Source: Zygnema circumcarinatum SAG 698-1b (lineage: Eukaryota; Plantae; Zygnematophyceae). Taken from it: 64,000 nt of DNA. Each line of letters begins with the position of its first letter. Position 1 is the first letter of the stretch. The stretch spans positions 3,133,361 to 3,197,360 of the forward strand of contig CM074805.1 in assembly GCA_037447605.1 (NCBI GenBank). The letters are read 5' to 3'. The translations under genes and the position numbers were made by a program. Positions 37,488 to 47,077 of this stretch are shown here, in pieces. Under the pieces are notes generated by a model. The model did no database searches. It was not told where the DNA came from and saw nothing but the letters and a program-made list of their open reading frames with translations.

Positions 37488-40308
37488 TCAGAGGAGGGCG
37501 GGCGTGTAGCCGAGGACCTCCTGCACGTTGTTCTTCTCCACCCAGGAGTCCACCTGCGTCTTGATGTTCTCCGTGCCGTATTTCTCCAGCAGCTTCTCCA
37601 GAAGCTCCTCCACCTCCTTCTCCAGCGTCGCCTGCACGTTCAGGTGCTCCGCCCAAGCTGCAGCAGCCTCGCCCTGGCTGCTCGACAATTGCTCGATTTC
37701 AGAAGTCACGATTGCTGAGATAGCCTCAGTCACCTGAGAAGCAAAAGCACATGGTAATGCACTGCTTCTTAGTTTGGCAAAACAGTTTCAACAAAACATT
37801 GACAACTCGAACATCCGAAAGAGAACTTCGTCTTTCTTAAAGACGTTGTACGGAGAATGGAGGTCGCAGACGGACATTTGAGGACTGCCTCGCTCTTAAT
37901 TTTTTCACAGACAGTCTCAGCAAACGAGAAACGCCTTCACTACTTTCAAATCACCCGTGCATTTACCAGTAAGAATGGATTAACTTCTTGACGATGGTGA
38001 AGGGTTGCAACAGGCTGACTCACCTCAAGCATGGCTCCTGCCAGCATAGTCTTCTTGAGCACCGCATCGATAATACCCGCCTCCACCAGGGAGACCAGAT
38101 TCCCGCCTTTCAATGCATTCTGACCAATCTTCCACATCCCGACTATGGCTGCAGCAAAAAATTCAAAAACCACCAAACCATGTTCAGGACTCGCAATGAT
38201 GAACCTGCGGACTTGGCATGGTGCTTCCTGCTCCCCTTGGCTTAATATACGGGAAAGCGCAAAATGTAAGGCAAAAATGTTTCTCAAGGTATCACACCAG
38301 AATCAGTCTCAGAATGGGAAAATGGAAGAAACGTGCACTCACTGTTGGCGAAGCCTTTCACAACTGCTATTTCAGGAGCAGCAATACACTCAGCGACAAC
38401 CTCCACGCCAATGATGCCTGCTTCTATCACGACTGTCTCCTCAGCGTTCGTCTCCGCGTCCTGGTCACGGAACAGAGGAAGGTGCGTCAGACATGCATGT
38501 TAGGTAGCTGGGGGGAACGGGTGATGGCAGAGTATGCTCATCAGCAAAGGAAGGCGCTTGTAGAGGGCTCACGCTTCTCATGCCATGGGTAGGGGTGGGA
38601 GGCAACCTTGGGCAGGGCGTTGGGAGCAATTTCAGTAAACACAGCCATCGGAGTTTGCACGTCCACATTGAGCGCCTGTGCAAGCAGTTTCACGATCTGC
38701 AAGGCTTCTTGAAGGGCTGCAAAGGCTCCCAGGAACGTCATGGAGGTCAGGGGCATCTTCCATGGAACACTTGCAGTGCTGAATGTGCAGCATGAATACT
38801 GCCAATCGATACACAGGCAAGACGAACCTACAAGCTAGAATATCTTCTTCCTGAGCTGAAACGGTGAAAAACTGCAAAAGCGACTCCGCTGCATGAGTTG
38901 CGTTCTGAGTATGGTGTAGAAGACTGGAATTGACGAGTGAGAATGACAGAACTCCAAGCAAATTGGCTGTTGAGGTGCGTGCGAGAGGAAAAAAAAACTT
39001 CCAACACATCACCGAGTTCCACATATTCCAAACTCGTGCACGCGATTCCTAATTTCAAACCCCCCCAGGTTCCCTCCCATTTTCTCCATATCCCTATCGA
39101 CAGAACCCCTTGGCAAACAAATTCTTGTCCCCCCTCGCACTCGCGCGAATGCTGAAACTCACCGACGCCCTCCATGTCGTCTCCGGAAAACGAGAGTGCC
39201 TTCTCGACAACATTGCTCGTGGTGGGTTGAATGAGGCGGTTGTGGACGACAAGGAGCCCAAGGAGCTCCTCAAAGACAGCCCGAAGCGTGGCATCCTCGG
39301 GAACATCAATGTTGGAGAGAAGGTGCAACAAAATGAGGTTGGGCTGGGAGCCGTTTGGGAGCAGGTTGCCGATGGACTGCACCAGGGAGTTGCTGCTACT
39401 CGAGCCTAAATGCATCCACAACAGCAGCCATGCGGATTGAGGGGATATCAAAACGGCAGTAGAGAATAAGGAATTCGGGGGGATTCTGGAAGGGAGAGGG
39501 GAATAATCCGGAGGCCTCAAAGCGGTAAATTTAGGGGGGAAAGGAAACGAGCTCCATGTGATGAAGGGAGGGGGTGCAAAACAGTAGGAAGGAGAAGTGG
39601 AGCGAGGAGGGAAAGGGAGGTAGAGGAATGCCAAAATGGGGAGGGAGGACGGGAGGGAAGGAGGGAAGGAGGGAGAGGTAGACGGCAGGAGAGAAGGAGT
39701 GAAGCGAGGCAGGGAGACAGAAAGGCAATCAGAGCGACAGAAGCGAGGAATGAAAGGGGTGAAAAGGCTGACGAGCGAGAAGAAACGAAGTAAGAGCAAG
39801 GAAGAGGACGCTGCAGAGAGACGGAGAGAGAGACGATGAAAGCAAAGTGAGAGAAGCCAGAGTGAAAGAAAAACGCACTCGCGTCCGTGGTGTCGTCAGC
39901 ATCACCGCTCGCCTCAGAGGCGCTATCGTTAAGTTCCGTAGGCAGGGCCCACCGCAGAATTGGCGGCAGCAATGCGCGCACCCTGGTCCAGAAGCTGTTT
40001 ATGGGCACCTCGGAGATAACGGCACTCTCGATAGTGGCAAGCACTGTGCTCTCCGATACCACTGTGCTGCTATCGTCTGTAGTGCTGCTTGCGTCGGTGG
40101 TGCTGCTCGCCGCCACAGCAGTGCTGGAAACAGCAGCGCTGCTTGCAATCGTGCTGTCGGTAGTGCTCTTAACGATGGCTGTGGAACCATCGCCGCCGCA
40201 AGTCGACAAGTCAGTCGGCAGCGCCCACCGCATCCATACCGGCGTCTGCTCGCGGAAGCTCGTCCAGAGCTCCTGCACGCGCCCCGACAGGCAGCCGGTC
40301 GGCAGCAT
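37488..40308 (-). CDS. Uncharacterised 464-aa protein, seven coding exons (40308-39879, 39405-39163, 38888-38828, 38778-38607, 38460-38343, 38148-38024, 37733-37488); 5'UTR intron upstream
   Basis: All six introns are GT-AG with matching phases, giving one 1395-nt open frame that ends YTPALL*. I recognise no family motif. The exon 4 donor is the least certain junction. Confidence 0.72.
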
Positions 40309-40401
40309 GGCGTTTCCTTCCCTCCCCCCCCGCTCCTCAACCCTAGCCTTAACGCCTCAGCTCCTCAGGCAACCTGAAAGCGTATCGGCCTCATGCGGCG
40401 G

Positions 40402-40500
40402 CGAGGGCGAGGGCGAGGGAGAGGGCAAGGGCGAGGGAGAGAGCGAGGGAGAGGGCGAGGGAGAGGGCGAGGGCGAGGGAGAGGGAGATGGCGAGAGCGA
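40402..40500. repeat. (GAGGGC/GAGGGA)n hexamer repeat in the 5'UTR intron of the orphan gene
   Basis: Read directly from the sequence. Confidence 0.85.
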
Positions 40501-40882
40501 GAGCGCGAGGGAGAGAGGCGAGACGGCGCGGGCACGATCACGATCCGTCGGCCGTCCCGTCCGTCAGCCGCCTGCCGCCGCCGTCACCTTTAGGGCTACT
40601 TACCTGTACGGCGGCGGGTGAACCTTACGACAAGCCAGACGCGCAAGCCACGCCGCCGTACGGAGCTGTACCGCACTTTCACTTCGAATCTCATCCCGGC
40701 AGCGTACGGCTCGCGCCGGCCGCAGGCGAGCGGCGGGTGGGGACGCGGGGGACCTTGTCGCCAGCGACGGGCGGTCGGTCGGTCGGCCATGTACGGTACA
40801 GTACGGAGGGACCCCGCCCCCAATCTGCGCCCTGGTACGGCCCTGCCTGGTGAGTAGGGATGGCCCGCGTTATAAATTCCGA

Positions 40883-41161
40883 ATATATTATATAATTTAC
40901 AACGGGTTTAAAATTAGTAGTATATTACAAACTAAAACACTTTATTACATATATTATACCCACTCGTTTTGAACAATTAACGACCGTACGACCGTACTCG
41001 TACGGTCGTACCATACCATTATTAGGTCGTTTTGGCGTTGGCGTTGCGAAATGCGTCCGTCTGGTTTACTCTGTCTGCTCGTGCTCGGGCCGCATAATAC
41101 CGTACAGTCGTACGACCGTACGACCGTACATGTTGTAAAGGCGTTGTAAATTAATATATAT
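40883..41161. repeat. AT-rich inverted-repeat-bounded element with internal (CGACCGTA)n
   Basis: TAATTTACAACG (40893-40904) / CGTTGTAAATTA (41142-41153), extended by TA-rich arms. Internal CGACCGTACGACCGTAC at 40981 and 41113. Confidence 0.5.
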
Positions 41162-41446
41162 CAGCCGTTATCTAGTCGTCACAGTTGTATAATATAATAT
41201 ATAATATATAGTCGTAACTAATCCATCCCTACTGGTGAGTGGGGCGGGCGGGCGGGCTCTGCTCCCTCTCCGCGGCTGGCGGCTGGCGGCTGGCGAGATC
41301 GGATCTCGCGGTGACCGTACCGCAGGCATGGCGCCGACCGACCGACCGACCGACCTGCGCGGCCCCGGCCGGCTACGTGTGGTCGCCGTTGTGACGCTTG
41401 CGGTGGCTGGTGACTGGCGGGCAGGGCAGGGGGAGGGAGGGGGAGG

Positions 41447-41456
41447 NNNNNNNNNN
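41447..41456. other. Assembly gap (10 N)
   Basis: N run inside a G/A tract. Confidence 0.99.
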
Positions 41457-42535
41457 GGGAGGGGGACATTTAAAGAACCGACGATAGGAAAAGCCTCGAA
41501 GAGGAAAAGAGAGAAACTCGCAAACAAGGCATTCAAATGGTGGACCGAAAGCTCAAGAAGTTAAAAAAGGACATTATTCTCAATGACTTCCATACGGATT
41601 TGTCAAACAAACTGAATGTTGATGACTCGCAAAATATCAAGCCTCTACAAGTGTTCGACGAAAGCCCGAAAATACACGACTGGTTGAATAGAATTGAAGA
41701 ATGCTGGTCACACAATTCGCTCTCACATGTACAGATTGCATATCAGACATCACCAAGACGGCTTTTGGTCGACATCAGCCTGCGAGCAACAGGTCTTATT
41801 CAAACAAAAGCACAGGAGCAATAAATAATGAGCAATAATGAGCAATAAACATTAATAATAATGTAAAGACAGCAGCGTAGATTTAATGGAAAGGGAGGGC
41901 TTCAGCCTGAAAACTTTCTCACTGCAGCAAATGCTCATAGGCACAGTAGACCCAATGCTATTCAACATACATGATCAACCATTTTGATAATTTTAGTGCC
42001 AAAAAAATGAAAGGACCACATATGGGAGGCAGGAGATCTTCAAATCAGCCTGTATGCAGTGTCCAGCACGAATCCGCCGTAAACTTCCAATTCATCAACA
42101 CAAGTTTCACCAGCAGAAGTGGTACAATACATACAATGGAACTTTCAGAAGTATATATTCTTCAAGTCCCATTCATACGATTTCCATTCATTCTCATCAT
42201 TCTCTACACATTCTCTTTTTGTCTACTTCCCTTCTGTCCTCTTCTCTCTTTCCTCTCTCCATTCGCCTCTCTGTCCCACCTCTCTCGCCTTTCCTTTCCC
42301 TGCCCCTCTCCCTAGTGTTATCACTCTGTCACTCTGTCATTCTGTCACTCTTTCCCTCTCCAACCTCCCCCTCTCCAGGACTCCCTCTGTCAACCCTCCA
42401 TTCACACTAACATCGTCTTCCCAATTGACTTCTGATCTTCGACCATCCCACCATTTTTCTTGTCTCTCTTTCCTCTCTCCCCTCTCGCTCCCACCTCGCT
42501 ACTCTCAACCCGCTCTCCCTCAACCTCATTCTACC

Positions 42536-42738
42536 AGGGGAGGGGAAGGGGAAGGGAAGGGGAAGGGGAGGGGAAGGGGAAGGGAAGGGGAGGGGAAGGN
42601 NNNNNNNNNGAGGGGAAGGGGAAGGGAAGGGGAAGAGGAGGGGAATGGGAGGGAAGGGGAGGGGAAGGGGAAGGGAAGGGGAGGGAAAGGGGAGAAGAAG
42701 GGGAGGGGAAGGGGAGGGGAAGGGGAGGGGAAGGGGGG
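42536..42738. repeat. Purine (AGGGG/AAGGG)n tract containing a 10-N gap (42600-42609), preceded by a pyrimidine-rich stretch (about 42180-42530)
   Basis: Read directly from the sequence. Confidence 0.9.
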
Positions 42739-42949
42739 TGTGCGGGACAAAACTGCTTTGCATGACTTGGTTGCTAGCTAGACCTGCAGTGGCCTTTCTT
42801 TTAGGTTTAGGAAATCATGCTAACTGACTGTTCCAAAAAAAAGTTGCCTTCTTATGAATTGAAGTCAATCCTGCAGTATTAACATAAAGGGACCATTTGG
42901 TTCGTCCTTGGCTCCTTTCTTTCAATTTTTTTATTTGCGTTAGCCGTAC

Positions 42950-43343
42950 CTGAATTACTTTCGTCGCAAAGAAAAGCTTATCGTTTGGAATAATGTGCAA
43001 GTTTAGGCTCTCCACGGAGAGGCCGAATCTGTGCTGCCCCACAGTCTCCAAAAGCACCGGCTGCATCCACCCACATGGTCAAAGTAAAGTAAGCAAAAGT
43101 TGCATTAGGGAATACATTCTTTCCGCTTTAAAGCAATTTCGGCCGAATGACCAATGGCAAAGCCACAAAGAAAATAAGCATAGCTGAGTAAGGGGCCTTT
43201 GGGAATAGCAGTGGCAAAACAGCATGCTGAAAGCTGAAGTCATTTTCTCTTTTCCTCTAAAGGGTCACTTGATACTCTCAAAGTCAAGAAGGGCTTTAGT
43301 AGTTCACCTGCCCAATTCGATGAGTTGTCGGAATCCCCTTCAT
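42950..43343 (-). other. Possible exons of an unannotated gene (43343-43308 and 43060-42950)
   Basis: Open, in-phase segments MKGIPTTHRIGQ|GTGAAC and GCAG|PVLLETVGQHRFGLSVESLNLHIIPNDKLFFATKVIQ|GTACGG with canonical sites. No homology recognised; the downstream exon would lie in or beyond the gap. Confidence 0.25.
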
Positions 43344-43409
43344 TGACTTGAGGATGGTCGACAGCAAGCAACAGAAGTTTGGAAGCATTTCAATCACTCC
43401 ATGATAGAA

Positions 43410-43458
43410 GGTTAGGGTTAGGGTTAGGGTTAGGGTTAGGGTTAGGGTTAGGGTTAGG
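43410..43458 (+). repeat. Interstitial telomere-like repeat (TTAGGG)7+TTAGG
   Basis: Perfect hexamer units at 43412-43458. Confidence 0.9.
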
Positions 43459-44300
43459 AAGCTGAAAGGCTTCTTTTTCTGCCTGGGGAGGGGAGGAGAG
43501 CAGAAAGAAAGAATTATGGGCAAAAGGACAGTTCATGTTCGAAAGGTTTTAACTTTTACACACTTTTCGGAATAAGGAGAGGACAAGATCTGGCTGGTTT
43601 GCAAAACCAACATGAGCATGAACATACCAAAAAAGTGCTGCAAAAAACCGGGCAGGCAGAGAGCCATCCATACAACAGGAAAAGACAAACACTTCCATTT
43701 TTATGAAAGAAACAAAATTGAGGACAACGCTCATAAACCAACGCGACGACTGCACAACACTTTCTGCGAGCGCTTTATTGCAGTCTCATTGAAAAAAAAA
43801 AAAAAAAAAAAAAAAAAATGCTGGTCAGCCAGTTCCATGTTTAGCTACACTCTTGAACTGCACTTTGAAATTGAGCAACGATGGAAACTGCAAACATAGT
43901 GATGTTGCAGCAAAACAATCGCACTCAATCTCCCAAAGTCTGAGCAAACTAAACTGAAACTAAACCTGAAGCTGACATAGACCCCGACTAATGAAGGAAT
44001 GCAAAAGTGCAAACACTGTACATCAAAATGCAAAATTGACGTGAAACTAAAACTAAAACTGATGCTGAATCTTCCCATTCGCTTTGGAGCTTTCGAAAGG
44101 CGTCTCTTTTGCTCGCCACATATTGTACGCCTCCAAACAATTTCTCTTGAATTCCTCCGCAGTCTTCAGCTTCGCTGACTCAACCATTGCTTTAAACTCT
44201 CAAGGACAGAGCGGACACTTGAGGTTGCGGCCATCCTTAGATGGCAAAAAGACCCCTCTCGGGTCACTCCACATGGGATGAAGTGGTTTCACCGGAGTTT

Positions 44301-45179
44301 TCAGCGGTTTCGGGGCAAGTCCAAATTCACGTGCCAGCCCGAGAAACGATTCCTCTCGCGATCCCAATCATTCAACCTTTCACGAATAGAAGCTAATTCA
44401 GCTATTTCTTGCCATTCTTTTTCCTGCTTCATTCTCCAAGAGGAGAAGCTTTGCGGAATGGGACTTGGCAAATTTACTGCCATTCGCCTTTCCCCCTCCC
44501 GAGTACTACTGTGGCGGCGGCTGAATTGCGGCTCACGGAACGCCAGTTGGCTCGCACTGAACATTGACGAGTCACGTAAGATGGACTGCCTGCCACGAAA
44601 TGGCGGCTCAGGCTCAGGCTCATACAGCCTGGACTGCCTGGTATTAAATGGCGGGTGAGGCTGATAGAACGGCGAGTAATATGCAGGATCTGTCTTCACG
44701 GTCGGGGGAACCTGTATTGCCAACAAGAGACAACAAGCGCCACATTAGTCCAGCATATGCATACCAACCCAAAAAACTCATCCATACCAAAGTAAGCACC
44801 AAGGCAACGAACTTTTTGATGCTAACAACCCTAAAAACAAAAGGCTTGAAAGCTTTATAAGGTGAGCAGGTCATACCCGGCGAGAATTGGCTAACTCCTT
44901 TGCGAACTCCTTGTGCAGCCAATCCACAACGGAAAGGTATGTCTTTCCGACTTCTTTGGCGCCCACACCCAGCCAGAACCAAGCCGTGTACAGCAAGCTG
45001 TATCCAAGATTTTCCATGACGACCAACCATGGAACACTGCAAAAATCGAAGACAAGGTCTTCAAGCTGCAGGCGGGCCGCTACAGCAGCCTTCAACCCGG
45101 TGCTTAGCGCCGCTGCGAGCAGTTGCATCGCTTGCAGCCAGAAGGCGCAGAAAGCAGCTGCAGCCTTCTGCACGGCCAT
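44301..45179 (-). CDS. Uncharacterised 237-aa protein, two exons (45179-44877, 44711-44301)
   Basis: ATG in GCCATGG context with a phase-0 GT-AG intron joining two long open frames. Hydrophobic/amphipathic first 100 aa, R/S/P-rich middle, charged helix WRMKQEKEWQEIAELASIRERLNDWDRER. No family recognised. Confidence 0.55.
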
Positions 45180-45369
45180 GGATGAGCAGGAGAGAGAGAG
45201 CAAGAGTGAGAGTGGGAGAGAGAGCGAGAGAGAGTAGGTGAGGTGAGGGAGAAATGATGACCTGGGGCCGCGAGGCGTGGCCTTTAGGGTGGGTCCCGGG
45301 CAGCCCTGAAATGGTTTTAGCTGCCCTTGGCGCGACGTAAGCGTCCGCGATTGGGCGATCACCGTTAGG

Positions 45370-45827
45370 GCAGCTCAATGTTCGCCGCGAGCTGCCCGGA
45401 GAGGAAAGGTGTGGCCCAAAATGGTGGGCCGCGCGTCTACCTCATCTCAAATCTTGGATAAACTGTACGGACAGACAGGTGGCGCCACCGCCTTGGGGGA
45501 ATGGTCGCGTACGGTGCGCGTGACGTGACGTGACGCGCCGTAGGGGGGATGCACCTGGTCGTACTCACCGCGAGGGAGGACCAGAAAACATTTCAGCTGC
45601 CCGGCCGACGCTCGCCTAGTCGCGGACGGAAACGGCAGCCGAAAACATTTCAGGCCATGCGTTGGACGGGCCATGGGTTGGATCAACCATTGGATCCAAT
45701 GGTTGCGATTGGGCGTGCGTCGTCCGCGCAGCTCAAGGTCAAGGTTGGCCGCGAGCTGCCCGGAGTGGAAAGGTGTGGCCGAAAAAGGTGGGCCGCGCGC
45801 CTACCTTATCTTCATAAATCTGGATAA
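45370..45827. repeat. Diverged direct repeat of about 95 bp (45370-45461 and 45728-45827) in the upstream spacer
   Basis: GCAGCTCAA..GCCGCGAGCTGCCCGGAG(A/T)GGAAAGGTGTGGCC..GGTGGGCCGCGCG..CTACCT..ATCT..GGATAA is present in both copies. Confidence 0.85.
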
Positions 45828-46302
45828 TACGATTTCGACGGTCGATTATGAGCCACGTGTCCATTTGGTGGCTGACAAACTTCCATCGTCGGATCGCGGT
45901 TCGCGCACGCACTGAAGGGGGGCTGCATCTGGTCTTACTTGCGTTATCCATAGTGGGCCATCTTTGATAATAGTATGGAAAATTTAAATTCCCGTTTTAT
46001 TCAGTACACATGCAAAGTCTCAGGTACAGTCGAGCGTCGTAAGACGCCTTACGGAACTGTGGCAAAGAGCGGCAGACGTCTCTTCAAGGAGCCCCCGTCC
46101 CCTCTCCCGGAAACCACGACGGCTAGAGCGCGGACCTCGGGCTCAGGAGCTGACCAATCCTGTCGCCCCCTCGCACGTGCGACAGATGCTTGCCCGGCTT
46201 TTGGTTCGGCCGCTGGCCTCGGTGGGCGGCGCTCTGTGGGCGGGAGGAGGGGGCCGAGTGTAGGACGTCTTCGAGGCCCGGGCGGAGCCCGTGCAGACGG
46301 GT

Positions 46303-46740
46303 GGGGGGAGGAGGGCGAGGAGGGGGGAGGGGAGGGGAGGGGAGGGGGAGGGGGAGGGGGAGGGGGAGGGGGAGGGGGAGGGGAGGAGGGGAGGGGAGGG
46401 GAGGGGAGGGGAGGAGGGAGGGGAGGGGGAGGGGGAGGGGGAGGGGGAGGGGGAGGGGGGAGGGGGAGGGGGAGGGGGAGGGGGAGGGGGAGGGGAGGGG
46501 AGGGGAGGGGGAGGGGAGGGGAGGGGGAGGGGGGAGGGGGAGGGGGAGGGGGAGGGGGAGGGGGAGGGGGAGGGGGAGGGGGAGGGGGGAGGGGGAGGGG
46601 GAGGGGAGGGGAGGGGGAGGGGGAGGGGGAGGGGGAGGGGGGAGGGGGAGGGGGAGGGGGAGGGGAGGAGGGGAGGGGGAGGGGGAGGGGAGGGGAGGGG
46701 AGGGGGAGGGAAAAGGAGGGAAAAGGAGGGGGAGGAGGGA
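46303..46740. repeat. About 440-bp G-rich homopurine tract of GGGGA/GGGGGA units
   Basis: Only G and A from 46317 to 46740. Confidence 0.95.
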
Positions 46741-47077
46741 CGCTGCAGGGTCGCGGTGTACGTGTGGATGAAGTGTGTGAGTGGAACGGGGAACTTGCCA
46801 CGTGAGTGGGGCCTCCATTTCCCTTTGAGTGGCTGCCATCACCTTACTGTAATACAAGCTGTGCACAATGTACAGATATGCTAAAAGAATGGCGGTTGTT
46901 TCTGACTTAAAGGATAATGTCATTCCGACCAGATTTCCAGTAACGTTGCAAACACTGAGCAGTCTGCAATGTCTCACACTACAAGTAGCTGCAACTGCAT
47001 CATCATATATACACTAGTCCGCGCCGAGGAGCTAGAGAAGCGCGTACGCTACAAGTATTCCCAAAAAATCTCCAAAA

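Noticed and set aside
39847-40621. + strand ORFs (244 aa, 176 aa) overlapping the orphan gene
   Set aside because: Antisense shadows of the Ser/Thr-rich exon and a hexamer repeat. The - strand model has consistent splicing.
41457-42599. ORFs in the 1.1-kb contig between the two N gaps (e.g. MVDRKLKKLKK...)
   Set aside because: No recognisable domain or splice structure, and placement between two gaps makes the context unreliable.
43792-43818. Poly(A)27 as the tail of a retrocopy or SINE
   Set aside because: No target-site duplication, internal Pol III boxes or recognisable parent sequence seen.
45975-46977. Long Pro-rich (extensin-like SPSP/PPPP) and Gly/Glu-rich ORFs in several frames
   Set aside because: They arise from the homopurine/homopyrimidine tract, which cannot contain stop codons. 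There is no signal peptide or splice context, and codons use only two bases.
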